A stretch of 64,000 nucleotides of DNA from Candidatus Poribacteria bacterium (GCA_022394775.1 JAGFCB010000020.1:984-64983), one strand, 5' to 3'; positions 33,590 to 43,558 are shown, counted from the stretch's first letter. Program-made: numbers and translations. Notes: generated from the sequence alone by a model not told the origin.

Positions 33590-34432
33590 ATGTTTAGTAT
33601 TCTTGACGTTTTTTACCTCGTTTTCAGTCAACTCGCAGTCGGTGGATTTGCGCTACTTTTCTTAGTCCCGAAAGGGTTAGTAGGTGCCAACTTCTATCGT
33701 TTGATGGGGAGCATTTACGTATTTGTAAGCGTTTTATCGCGTTGCGCAGAGTTAACACTTCATCGGCAACCTGTCACATTTCTCCATTTTTTCGGATTCT
33801 GGGAGAACCCTGAGTCCGTTTTGGTGATCGCCTTCGTTCTTATCCTTTTTATCTATACGCTGAGTTGGTGGTTCAAAATCCCACTGCTTACACAGATACT
33901 TTTTTTTCTTGGTGTGATTTGTGGTGCTGCATGGGTCGTTTTGAGCGCGCAGCGTTATTACCAAATTATTCAGCTTCCCGGTGAAATGTTGTTACTCCCG
34001 TTTCAATTCTTGATAGCATCTGTATTACTCGGTGCTGTTCATAGCGGTATGTGGTTCGGGCATTGGTATCTCGTAACGCCTGATTTGCCAGTAAACTTTC
34101 TGAAACGATTTAATACCGTTCTGTTCTGGACCCTTTTAGGAATGATTGTACTGCTCTGTCTAAACATCTTTTTCAGGCAGCGATCCACGGATGTTGTCGC
34201 TTTTAACCTTTTCTACCAGATCATCTTTGGTATGCGAGTGCTTATCGGCATTGCTGGCACGTTACTCCTCTATTTCATTACGTGGGACTGCTTGCGTCCT
34301 AAATCCGTCGCCCGAGATGTGCTTGGCGCGACGCGGGCTGCAACTGGTTTTCTTTTTATTGCTATTATCACAGTCTTCTTAGGCGAGTTTTGTAGTCGAT
34401 TTTTACTTTTGGAGATGCGGTTCATTTTCTAA
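33590..34432 (+). CDS. polytopic membrane protein, unknown function
   Basis: About 8 hydrophobic segments. I chose the ATG at 33590 (MFSILDVFYLVF) because the ORF-track start at 33545 overlaps a REP-like hairpin. No family recognised. Confidence 0.6.
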   Translation: MFSILDVFYLVFSQLAVGGFALLFLVPKGLVGANFYRLMGSIYVFVSVLSRCAELTLHRQPVTFLHFFGFWENPESVLVIAFVLILFIYTLSWWFKIPLLTQILFFLGVICGAAWVVLSAQRYYQIIQLPGEMLLLPFQFLIASVLLGAVHSGMWFGHWYLVTPDLPVNFLKRFNTVLFWTLLGMIVLLCLNIFFRQRSTDVVAFNLFYQIIFGMRVLIGIAGTLLLYFITWDCLRPKSVARDVLGATRAATGFLFIAIITVFLGEFCSRFLLLEMRFIF

Positions 34433-34727
34433 TCTTTATAATTTTTGGGTAAAAAACTTGACCCGCCCACGAAAACGAAATTTCATAGCATCCTTTTCTG
34501 AAATCTCCTACGAAAATCGCTCAAAATCCAGTCACAGTATGGGGTGATAGCCTGTTTTGAAACCTATCATCTTCCGCATTTTGCTATGAAAACTGTGGAA
34601 TTATCTTCATCTTTTTCACCGAAAAACCGAAAACTCAATGGCTCTGCATTAATATTAAATTTCGTTGTAATTTAAATTCGGATATGCTAAAGTAACTATA
34701 TCCATTAAAGACATTAGGAGGCGAATA

Positions 34728-35798
34728 ATGAAATCTCAAATTTTTTATGAACCCGAATCAATGAGCCTCGAAGACCGACCCGTACCCGAACATGGCGATA
34801 ATGACCTGTTAGTTCAAGTACGTTCGGTAGGTATCTGCGGTTCGGATGTCGCGTATTATTTTGGTAACAGTTCACTTGAAACCGACGACGGAAAAGGCCC
34901 CCTTATCCTTGGACACGAATTTACTGGCGAAGTCGTTGAAGTTGGTAGTGAAGCAGGAGCAACCGGTGGATTTAAAGTAGGTGATCGCGTTGTCGTCAAC
35001 CCTGTCCAATCCAATCCAGACTCCTTTTGGAGCAAGAAAGGTTTGTCCAACCTGTGTCCTGAAAAACGCGTATTAGGTGTCGGCGTTGATGGCGGATTTG
35101 CAGAGTATGCAGTCTCCGATTATCGCTGGACAGTTAAACTGCCTGATAATGTCACTTATGACCAAGGCGCGTTAACGGAACCGCTCGCATGCGGATTGTA
35201 CGCTGTCAACAATCTCAATGCCGAAGCCGGACAAACCGCTGTTGTCTTCGGACCAGGACCGATTGGTTTGATGATGGTACAAGTGTTAAAAAGTCGTGGC
35301 TTGAAAAACGTTCTTCTGGTTGGAACTCGCGACTATCGGTTAGATTGTGGTAAAGAACTCGGCGCGGACGTAGTCGTCAACGTCAGCGATACCAATTCTC
35401 CGCACTATGTTGAAGACTTGGGGGCTACAATCGAGGAACTCAATAATGGAGAATTAGCGGATCGCGCAATTACGGCTACCAGTTCGCTTGACGCGATTCA
35501 CACCGCGCTGGAAGTTACCGGACGGCACGCAACCGTCGTTATCTTTGGATTACCCGGCGATACAGATGTGATGCAGGTGCCTATCCTTGATACGATTCTC
35601 ATGGATAAGACCATTAGGTTCTCTTGGCTTGCACCCGACACATGGGAAGAAGCAGTTCAACTTATTTCAAGCGGCGATGTCAATATGGACAAAATCATTA
35701 GCCACGAATTTTCACTTGAGTCGCTCGTCGATGGGATAACAAAGGTGCGTAACCGTGAAGATGCTTGCACGAAGGGATTGATTAAAGTCTCTGATTAA
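34728..35798 (+). CDS. zinc-dependent medium-chain alcohol/polyol dehydrogenase (sorbitol/threonine dehydrogenase-like)
   Basis: GICGSDVAYYFG, GHEFTGEVVEVG, Rossmann motif VVFGPGPIGLM. AGGAGG SD. Confidence 0.9.
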   Translation: MKSQIFYEPESMSLEDRPVPEHGDNDLLVQVRSVGICGSDVAYYFGNSSLETDDGKGPLILGHEFTGEVVEVGSEAGATGGFKVGDRVVVNPVQSNPDSFWSKKGLSNLCPEKRVLGVGVDGGFAEYAVSDYRWTVKLPDNVTYDQGALTEPLACGLYAVNNLNAEAGQTAVVFGPGPIGLMMVQVLKSRGLKNVLLVGTRDYRLDCGKELGADVVVNVSDTNSPHYVEDLGATIEELNNGELADRAITATSSLDAIHTALEVTGRHATVVIFGLPGDTDVMQVPILDTILMDKTIRFSWLAPDTWEEAVQLISSGDVNMDKIISHEFSLESLVDGITKVRNREDACTKGLIKVSD

Positions 35799-35810
35799 CC
35801 GGTATCTAAT

Positions 35811-36137
35811 ATGGGTATCCCATTTTTCATCGTTTTTGTCCTCTCGATCGCTTTTCTATCCCTTGGGATAACTGGATTGGGTGACTTCGTCTCAGTGGAG
35901 TGGCCTCAGCAGGACTCACCCGAGGCGGTCACCCCTTACCTCAGTTTGCAAGCCAATTATTCAGCAGTCGGGCGATGCGTTTCAGGGTTTCTACTATTTC
36001 TGCTGAGCCTTTATGTTATGGGTTTTCTCCTTTATCTTGAGGAGCGAGAGAGTGGTAGGATTATGAAAAATGTTAAGAGTTTCGCGAAACTACGGCAGTT
36101 CTTGGAACGGCGTCAAAAAGGGGGTATTTCACAATGA
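35811..36137 (+). CDS. small two-TM membrane protein, unknown function
   Basis: 108 aa. Its stop overlaps the next start (ATGA at 36134-36137). Confidence 0.5.
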   Translation: MGIPFFIVFVLSIAFLSLGITGLGDFVSVEWPQQDSPEAVTPYLSLQANYSAVGRCVSGFLLFLLSLYVMGFLLYLEERESGRIMKNVKSFAKLRQFLERRQKGGISQ

Positions 36138-36982
36138 TATCTCTCAAACGGTTCTTCGTTAATGAACCAATACGATCTCAAGTGCTGATAAGCATCACGG
36201 GCGTATTGATCATACTCTGTTGTACTACGACGAGCAGTGCTAAAATTGATCCCAAGCAAGTTGTGGGTATTTGGCTATTTGATGAGGGTAACGGGAAAAC
36301 CGCCAAGGATTTATCTGGGAACGATAACGATGGTGAACTCAAGGAAGGCGCGAAATGGGATGATGGACAATTCGGAGATGCCGTCATATTCGATGGAAAA
36401 GATGACTACGTTGAGATCGCACCATCACCGCTGTTCAATCCAGAGAAATTCACCGTTACTTATTGGATATACCCGACGGCAGTCGGCGGTAACAACCCAG
36501 CCGGAAAAGGCTCCGCTACACTCGTCATAGCGAACGGAAACCCTGGCGATGGTGGCGGCGCGAATTGGTGGTTTGAATTCTGGAATGCCGGGAACTTTGA
36601 ATTCAAAAGCTGCCAAGCCGGTTGCGCAGCCGCAACGACTCCACTGAATAAGCCTGGCGAGTGGTACTTCATTGCCGGTATCTATAACGGAACTGAATAC
36701 GAACTCTATATTGATGGCGAATTTAAGTCAAAGGGACCCAATAAAGTCGGTGCACCCGAAAAAGGGTTGCTTATCGGAAGTGGGCTGTGCCCAGCAGGAC
36801 ATGGATGTGATGGTGGTTATTTCAAAGGCATTGTTGATGATGTGGCGATGTTTAGCGATACCCTAAGCGAAGCAGACCTAAAAACACTCATGGATGAAGG
36901 TGTCGGCAAAGTACTTGGTGTCGCACCTGTAGAACCCGTAGGCAAATTAACAACAACATGGAGCATCTTAAAGACGCGTTGA
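36134..36982 (+). CDS. LamG/concanavalin-A-like domain secreted protein
   Basis: 282 aa with a signal anchor. VVGIWLFDEGNGKTAKDLSGNDNDGEL...FKGIVDDVAMFSDTLSEADL. Paralog of the truncated gene at 1..660. Confidence 0.8.
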   Translation: MISLKRFFVNEPIRSQVLISITGVLIILCCTTTSSAKIDPKQVVGIWLFDEGNGKTAKDLSGNDNDGELKEGAKWDDGQFGDAVIFDGKDDYVEIAPSPLFNPEKFTVTYWIYPTAVGGNNPAGKGSATLVIANGNPGDGGGANWWFEFWNAGNFEFKSCQAGCAAATTPLNKPGEWYFIAGIYNGTEYELYIDGEFKSKGPNKVGAPEKGLLIGSGLCPAGHGCDGGYFKGIVDDVAMFSDTLSEADLKTLMDEGVGKVLGVAPVEPVGKLTTTWSILKTR

Positions 36983-37001
36983 AGAGGTAGTCCCTGTCAA
37001 C

Positions 37002-38081
37002 ATGGAACAGCAACTCAAAAACGATTTACTTCTTCGCGCTGCACGCTGTCTGCCAGTAGAACGTGTGCCTGTATGGATGATGCGGCAGGCTGGCAGATCG
37101 GATCCGCTTTATCGACAGATTCGGCAAGCACTTAACGTCCCTTTGGAGCAGCTTTTCCGAACTTGTCCTGCACCGATGTCAGACACCGATGTTGAATCGG
37201 CGGTCAAGATTTCACTGCTACCAAAACGTATCGGCGTTGATGCGATTATTGTCTACAAAGATATTCTCACGCCGCTTGCCCCTATGGGCGCGCATTTCCG
37301 GTTTGACCCGGGACCCATTTTAAATCCACCAATTCGGACCCAATCACAAGTAGACGCACTCCGACCCGTCGATGAACCCACTTCGCAATTAGCGTTCACA
37401 GGAAACGTCATTCGCAACCTACGTGAAACTCTCAACGGTGAGTTACCGCTCATCGGTTTTGCTGGTGCCCCTTTAACACTCGCATTTTTTCTCATCGCTG
37501 GAGAAAGTCCTATCAAACGAGGGGTTGGCGTATCGGAAAAAGCAACGCCTATTTTCCAAATGATTGAGGAAGCTCCTGAACTCTTGCATCGTTTGCTAAA
37601 CAAATTGACGGAGATGACTGTTAATTATTTGAACTATCAAATTAGCGAAGGCGTTCAGGTCGTTCAACTTTTCGAGTCCATCGCGGATGTCTTGCCTAAA
37701 CACATATATGAGGAATTTGCATTCCCGTATCACCAGAAAATTTTCGCTGAGCTCAATTCAGAGGCACCTGGAATACTCTTCGCGAAAGAGTGTACCTATC
37801 TTGATCTAATGCACCGAAGTGGGGCGGATGTGCTAAGTGTAGGGAAATGTGTGGATCTTCGCAATGCTAAGGCTGAGACTGACGGCACTGTCGCTTTTCA
37901 GGGAAACGTGGATAACGATATACTTCGGGACGGGACACCTGATGATATTACGGTGGCGGTCAAATCTTGCTTAAAACAGGGCGGAAGGACAGGACATATA
38001 CTGAACTTGAGCCACGGACTCCATAGAGACACGCCTTTTGAAAACGTTAAACATTTTGTAAATATCGCAAAAACACTTTAA
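37002..38081 (+). CDS. hemE: uroporphyrinogen decarboxylase
   Basis: NDLLLRAARCLPVERVPVWMMRQAGRSDPLYR is the HemE N-terminal signature. 359 aa. Confidence 0.9.
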   Translation: MEQQLKNDLLLRAARCLPVERVPVWMMRQAGRSDPLYRQIRQALNVPLEQLFRTCPAPMSDTDVESAVKISLLPKRIGVDAIIVYKDILTPLAPMGAHFRFDPGPILNPPIRTQSQVDALRPVDEPTSQLAFTGNVIRNLRETLNGELPLIGFAGAPLTLAFFLIAGESPIKRGVGVSEKATPIFQMIEEAPELLHRLLNKLTEMTVNYLNYQISEGVQVVQLFESIADVLPKHIYEEFAFPYHQKIFAELNSEAPGILFAKECTYLDLMHRSGADVLSVGKCVDLRNAKAETDGTVAFQGNVDNDILRDGTPDDITVAVKSCLKQGGRTGHILNLSHGLHRDTPFENVKHFVNIAKTL

Positions 38082-38085
38082 GAAC

Positions 38086-38162
38086 AGGACTTACGCAGTG
38101 TCCTTTGCTGGCGAGGTTTTAAGCCTCGCCAGCGGCGTGCATCAGCAAATTGCGTAAGTCCT
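38086..38162. repeat. REP/MITE-like nested palindrome, family B (full copy)
   Basis: The outer arms aggacttacgcag and tgcgtaagtcct flank the inner hairpin gctggcgaggtttt-aagcctcgccagc. It sits between hemE and the MBL-TPR gene. Confidence 0.75.
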
Positions 38163-38173
38163 AAGGAACATAG

Positions 38174-39631
38174 ATGAGAAACATTCCTGAAAACCCTTTT
38201 GCACCCCGACAATACGGGCAACTCGTTAAAGTAACAGAACGGGTCTATCTATTTCGCAATATCGTCAACTCTTCTATTATTATTGGAGATAATGGGGTAG
38301 CCGTGATTGATACACAGGTGAATCAGATGATGGCACGTCGGCTCTTCAATGCAATCCGCACTGTCACAGACAAACCGATCCTATATGCAATTAACACACA
38401 TTATCATTGGGATCATACAAATGGGAACGTTATTTTTCGTCAGGCAGGCGCGACCGTCGTCGCACGCGAGATGACTAAGGACTTCATGGTGAACAGAGCA
38501 CCGAGACAAGAAGCATTCCTGCGTTCTCGAGGCTTTACATTAGGGGATCCGCCCTTTCTGCCACAGCAGACGTTTACATACGAAACCGAACTCGATTTAG
38601 GGAATCAACCGCTCCACCTCGTTTATTTAGGGAACGCAGAGACAGATGATGCCTCTGCTATTAGGGTGCCAGCTGAAGATTGCATTGTCTCCGGCGACAC
38701 TGTCATGACAGGGAGTTTTCCCATCTTTGGGCAGCCTGTTATGAACGAAGGGCTCATGGCGAACCACGATTGGATTAATACAATTAAAGAGCTCCGTAAC
38801 TACGCACCTAAATGTGTGCTACCGGGGCACGGTCCTTTAGCACGGGATGCCGAAATAGACCTGTTGCTCCAGATAGAGTCCTATTTTCTAACGGAAGTCC
38901 GAAAACATGTTGAACAGGGCATGTCTTTAGCTGAATTGCTTACTGAAATGGAAGCGAATCTACCCGACTGGATTTGCTCAATTGCTGAGGTTTGGGGAAC
39001 ACCCCGCTATGCGATTTTAAGGGTCTACCGCGGGTTAATTGACGATCCAGAACCGGGCTGGCAACACCTGAAACCGTCGGTTATTCCGACCGCGAATACC
39101 GAAAAACTTCAACAAAAAACACACGAACTTGAGGACTTTGAAGCGTACCGAGAAACTGCCGAAGAGGTTGCTGAGGGGAACGACTTCGGTTTAGCAATTG
39201 CTATCTTAAAAACCGCAACCGAAAAATATCCGAATCTGCCTGACGCGTGGACGGAATACGCAAATTTGCTTACGCAAGCGTCCCGCACTGTGTCAAGCGT
39301 CCTTGAGAAAGGTGATTTCTTCGTCGAGGCAAAGAAAGCACTCAATCTCGCCCTTGAACTTGACCCCGATTATGCACCAGCACACCTCTTGCGCGGATAC
39401 AGCCATATTCTCTCTGCTTACCGGAATGGCGATGAAACGAAAACGGGGTTGGCGGCTATTTATAAGGCTTTGGTTGGAGGACTTCACGGCACGCAACTTG
39501 CACAGGCGTATTTTTCCATCGGACTCGCGCATCGCACAGAGGGAGACGAAACCTTAGCACGTGAGGCTTTTGAGAAGGCAATTAACGCCGACGCACGATT
39601 CATGCCAGCGCAGTTAGCCAATATGGCGTAG
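38174..39631 (+). CDS. metallo-beta-lactamase-fold hydrolase fused to C-terminal TPR repeats
   Basis: HYHWDHTNGN (HxHxDH), ...PGHGP. C-terminal TPR-like helices (AWTEYANLL..., YFSIGLAHRTEGDETLAREAFEKAI). Confidence 0.8.
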   Translation: MRNIPENPFAPRQYGQLVKVTERVYLFRNIVNSSIIIGDNGVAVIDTQVNQMMARRLFNAIRTVTDKPILYAINTHYHWDHTNGNVIFRQAGATVVAREMTKDFMVNRAPRQEAFLRSRGFTLGDPPFLPQQTFTYETELDLGNQPLHLVYLGNAETDDASAIRVPAEDCIVSGDTVMTGSFPIFGQPVMNEGLMANHDWINTIKELRNYAPKCVLPGHGPLARDAEIDLLLQIESYFLTEVRKHVEQGMSLAELLTEMEANLPDWICSIAEVWGTPRYAILRVYRGLIDDPEPGWQHLKPSVIPTANTEKLQQKTHELEDFEAYRETAEEVAEGNDFGLAIAILKTATEKYPNLPDAWTEYANLLTQASRTVSSVLEKGDFFVEAKKALNLALELDPDYAPAHLLRGYSHILSAYRNGDETKTGLAAIYKALVGGLHGTQLAQAYFSIGLAHRTEGDETLAREAFEKAINADARFMPAQLANMA

Positions 39632-39643
39632 GAGGTATGTAAA

Positions 39644-40588
39644 ATGGGATACGATAGTGTTTTACTTGTTGCATTTGGCGGTCCTACACCCGGATGCTGT
39701 CAAAAATACGATAACGATATGTGTCCGGGGGAAGCTTACTGTTTTGTGGAAGGCATCGCTGGGGCAGCCGAATCCCAAGTGGAACGCGTAAAAGACATCT
39801 CCACACATTATATAAAATTAGGTGGATTTTCACCATTCAACGAATTGACTTTCAAGCAAGCCGAGGCTTTAGAGAGTGCTTTGCATGCGCGCGATTTACC
39901 GATTCCTGTTTATGCAGGGTTCCGGCATTGGACACCTTATTTAAAGGAAGTCATCGCCGAAATGGCACAAAAAGGACACCATAAAATACTCGGCATTATT
40001 ATGGCACCCCACCAATCCAAAATCAGTTGGGAATGGTATCAACAGGAAGTAAAAAAAGCAATTGACGCAGTTGATGGCGAGAAACCGACGATTGATTATC
40101 TCGATCCGTGGTACACACACAAAGGCTATGTCAATGCTATTGCTGAAATTATCAAAACTGCCTGCGGGGACAAATTAGAACGTGCCGAACTTGTTTTCAC
40201 AGCGCACGCAATTCCCGAAGCCGCGGCGAAGACTTCACCCTATACACAGCAATTCGGAAAAACTGCTGAAGCGGTTGCCCAAGAGATTGGAAAAACTCGG
40301 TTCAGCTTGGCATACCAAAGCGAAGTGGAAAGCAGCCCTATGCCGTGGACACAACCCGATATCAACGATTGGCTTAAAGCCGAAAAAGAAAAAGGAGTTG
40401 ATACTGTTGTCGCTTCACCGATAGGTTTCCTCTGTGATCACGTTGAAGTACTCTACGATCTTGACATAGAGGCAGCCGAGACGGCGGAAGCGTGCGGAAT
40501 TGATTTCATTCGAGCAGGAACTGTTGGCGCGCATCCCCTATTTATCAACATGTTAGCCGACTTTGTCTATGAAAAATCTGCGAAATAG
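39644..40588 (+). CDS. hemH: ferrochelatase (HemH/CpfC type) with a Cys-rich N-terminal insertion
   Basis: VLLVAFGGPT...HYIKLGGFSPFNELTFKQAEALESAL is collinear with B. subtilis-type ferrochelatase. The insertion is GCCQKYDNDMCPGEAYC. Confidence 0.85.
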   Translation: MGYDSVLLVAFGGPTPGCCQKYDNDMCPGEAYCFVEGIAGAAESQVERVKDISTHYIKLGGFSPFNELTFKQAEALESALHARDLPIPVYAGFRHWTPYLKEVIAEMAQKGHHKILGIIMAPHQSKISWEWYQQEVKKAIDAVDGEKPTIDYLDPWYTHKGYVNAIAEIIKTACGDKLERAELVFTAHAIPEAAAKTSPYTQQFGKTAEAVAQEIGKTRFSLAYQSEVESSPMPWTQPDINDWLKAEKEKGVDTVVASPIGFLCDHVEVLYDLDIEAAETAEACGIDFIRAGTVGAHPLFINMLADFVYEKSAK

Positions 40589-40685
40589 GTAGAGACGATC
40601 TCGTGATCTCAACCTTCGTACCCGTCCTCATGAAGGATACGGATCTAAAACCGTAAACGAAATTATCTAAGGATTGAGAATTCTC

Positions 40686-42104
40686 ATGCCGGAAAACTCT
40701 GGTAGTAAACGTGCTATTGTTATCGGAGGCGGCATCACCGGGTTAACCGCGTGCTATCGCTTACAACGTGAAGCGGCACAGCGCAATATCCAGCTTGATG
40801 TTACACTTCTCGAAGCGACTGGACGCGTGGGTGGGGTTATCCAGACCGAACACCGAGACGGATTCCTCGTTGAACACGGTCCCGATGCCTTTATCTCGAC
40901 AAAACCCGCTGCAAAAGCATTGTGCGAAGAACTCGGTATCGCAGATCAATTCGTAGGCACTAATCCAAAAGTCCGCCAGAGTTTCGTAACTCGAAAAGGA
41001 ACATTGCATCCTGTCCCTGAAGGCTTTTACATGATGGCGCCGGGATCCCTAAAGCCTTTTCTAAAAACACCTCTTTTCAGTTGGTACGGTAAACTGCGGA
41101 TGGCAATGGACCTCTTTATCCCGCGTCGGGAAAGAGACATTGATGAAGCCGTGGCACATTTCGTCAGGCGTCGCCTCGGCACCGAAGCCTTCACACGGAT
41201 TGCACAACCTATGATTGGAGGTATCTATACCTCCGATGCCGAAAATTTAAGCCTCAAGTCGACTTTTCCAAGATTCTTGGAAATGGAGAAAACACACGGA
41301 AGCATTATCAAAGCGCTCCGGGCACAGAAAAAACAGGCAGCTGCAACCAGCCAAGGCACCAGTGGTGCCCGTTATAGTCTCTTCCTGTCATTCAAGTCCG
41401 GTATGCAAACACTGGTTGACATGCTTGCTGAAACCGTGTCCAGCAGTATTAGATTAAATGCCCGTGTAGAACAAATTCAACAAAATACTGATGGCACCGG
41501 ATGGCAGGTGTCACTTGCTACTGGAGAGACTCTGAGTTCAGAACTCCTCTGTATAGCACTTCCAGCAATACAAACGGGCGCGCTCATCGAAAGTGTATCG
41601 AGTCCACTCGCTACGAAACTGAGTGCGATTCCGTACGCCTCTTCCGCAACCGTTAATTTGGCATTCCACCGTCCAGATATTACGCACCCGTTAGATGGTA
41701 TGGGATTTGTTGTCCCTGCTACAGAAAACTTATCCATAATCGGATGCTCATTCAGTAGCATCAAATTTGAGAACCGCGCACCAGAAGAACATATCCTGTT
41801 ACGCGCCTTTATCGGTGAACCGATTTCTAAACGTGCTGAATCTGACCTCATTCAGTTGTGTCAAACTGATTTAACACCGCTCCTGGGGATCAAGGGGGCT
41901 CCGCGGTTTGCCACTGTTAACAAGCACACGCAGGCGATGGCACAGTATCAAGTAGGACACCAAGAAGTCGTGAATGACATTGAACGGCTCACAAGCAAAT
42001 TGCAAGGACTCGCGCTTGCTGGAAACGGTTACCACGGAATAGGCATTCCTGATTGTATTCGGAGTGGCGAGACTGCAGCGATTTCACTCTTAGATGTGTT
42101 GTGA
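40686..42104 (+). CDS. hemY: protoporphyrinogen/coproporphyrinogen III oxidase, HemY (CgoX) type FAD enzyme
   Basis: KRAIVIGGGITGLTACYRL dinucleotide motif. About 470 aa. The ORF-track TTG start is at 40674. Confidence 0.85.
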   Translation: MPENSGSKRAIVIGGGITGLTACYRLQREAAQRNIQLDVTLLEATGRVGGVIQTEHRDGFLVEHGPDAFISTKPAAKALCEELGIADQFVGTNPKVRQSFVTRKGTLHPVPEGFYMMAPGSLKPFLKTPLFSWYGKLRMAMDLFIPRRERDIDEAVAHFVRRRLGTEAFTRIAQPMIGGIYTSDAENLSLKSTFPRFLEMEKTHGSIIKALRAQKKQAAATSQGTSGARYSLFLSFKSGMQTLVDMLAETVSSSIRLNARVEQIQQNTDGTGWQVSLATGETLSSELLCIALPAIQTGALIESVSSPLATKLSAIPYASSATVNLAFHRPDITHPLDGMGFVVPATENLSIIGCSFSSIKFENRAPEEHILLRAFIGEPISKRAESDLIQLCQTDLTPLLGIKGAPRFATVNKHTQAMAQYQVGHQEVVNDIERLTSKLQGLALAGNGYHGIGIPDCIRSGETAAISLLDVL

Positions 42105-42110
42105 GGTGCG

Positions 42111-43130
42111 ATGGACCTTAAGATAGTACACTGGAGCATAATCGGCGTGGGTTTGGGACTCGTAGGGTGCGTGTTGCTGATATTAGCTGCTAACCTTGCA
42201 CTTCAGGCAGCAGATGAGGTGTCTCGCGTGACAGAGATGTTCCAAGGGTTTCAGGATGGGAAGTGTAAAAGTTGCCACCCAGCGATCTGGAGGGAGTGGG
42301 CGGATTCGATGCACGCAAAAGCGTGGCTCGATGAAGTCTATCAGGCGGCTGCGAAGCAGATCACCGATAGAGAAACGAAGTGCGATCAGTGTCATGCTCC
42401 ACAACCAATTCTTATTACGGGCGTTGGGAACATGCCAAAGTTGAGAGACGAACAACGGGAAGCGGGTGTTTCGTGTCTCGTTTGTCACCTCGATGCACAC
42501 GGGGCGATGAACGGACCGGCAGCAAGTGCGGAAACCTATTTTCACGCCAACCTTACCAACCCTATTTATACCCAACCGACGACACTCTGTGGTACCTGCC
42601 ACGGTCAGCAAAGCGTTCCCGAACACGATCAAGTCTCCAGTTTTTTGAATAGCAAATTCGCTGACGGAGATACGAGTTGTGCGACGTGTCACATGCCGGT
42701 CGTAAAGCGGTTACAGAGCACCACCAGTCATGAAAGCATCAAAGGGCGGAAACATACGTGGCGTGGCAGCCGTAGTGTTGCGCAACTCAGGCGTGCCGCA
42801 ACCGTTCAGCTTGAATACACAGATGGAAAAGCGGTGGCGAAACTTCGCAGTAAGACAGGACACATCTTACCGGGAGGGACATTGCGTACCATTGTACTTG
42901 AGGTGACACTTCTCGCGTCGGATGGCACCGAACTTCAGAAACAGCAGATCTCAATCTCTGCGGAGAAGGAGAACCGCCTACTTCCAGACGAAAATAGGAC
43001 TTACACTTTTGATATTGTCTCTGCTACGACCGGCGACACAATTAAAGCACGTTTAATATATCAGTTGACACCGGATACTCCTGAACCGAAGCGAATATTG
43101 ATGGTAGAGAAAACGCATGTTGTCCGTTGA
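42111..43130 (+). CDS. membrane-anchored pentaheme c-type cytochrome
   Basis: N-terminal TM segment. Five CxxCH motifs: CKSCH, CDQCH, CLVCH, CGTCH, CATCH. The C-terminal ~140 aa is a non-heme domain. Confidence 0.85.
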   Translation: MDLKIVHWSIIGVGLGLVGCVLLILAANLALQAADEVSRVTEMFQGFQDGKCKSCHPAIWREWADSMHAKAWLDEVYQAAAKQITDRETKCDQCHAPQPILITGVGNMPKLRDEQREAGVSCLVCHLDAHGAMNGPAASAETYFHANLTNPIYTQPTTLCGTCHGQQSVPEHDQVSSFLNSKFADGDTSCATCHMPVVKRLQSTTSHESIKGRKHTWRGSRSVAQLRRAATVQLEYTDGKAVAKLRSKTGHILPGGTLRTIVLEVTLLASDGTELQKQQISISAEKENRLLPDENRTYTFDIVSATTGDTIKARLIYQLTPDTPEPKRILMVEKTHVVR

Positions 43131-43195
43131 TATTCTATGAACACATAGGGCTATTTAGTTTTCCATTTTTTAGGCGGATTTTGATGCGCCAAGCT

Positions 43196-43558
43196 CGGTA
43201 GGTGTGGTTTCCTAACTACACCATAGGTGTCAATTTTAGAAAAATTCCATCATAAATTAGTCACTGGATTCAATAGGAATACTGCACTTTACTGTTTACT
43301 CAGAAGGTCCTCAGTCCCGTAGGGACGTTATCTTTGTAGCAACTTGGATTAAATAAGAAGAAAGCCCCAGAGGGGCGATATCTGTATCGCTACATTAAAT
43401 CTGGCTACCTTATGGGACTAAAGAAAGATTTTGGAGTATGTAAGTTTTGTGTCTAAAGCCCGGTGCAGTTTCAAGCCACACCTACTCAGTCTGGAACCGA
43501 GGCTATTCCTTTCCTTAAATTGACACCTATGGTGCGATTTTCTAACCGCACCTACCGG
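43196..43558. repeat. cluster of three family-A REP-like elements; the outer two form 41-bp imperfect inverted repeats (MITE/BIME-like)
   Basis: Left arm 43196-43236 versus the reverse complement of 43518-43558: 33/41 identical, with a compensatory T-A to C-G change in the stem. Third copy at 43462-43486. Internal hairpins gtccc-gta-gggac and gcccc-aga-ggggc. Confidence 0.7.
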
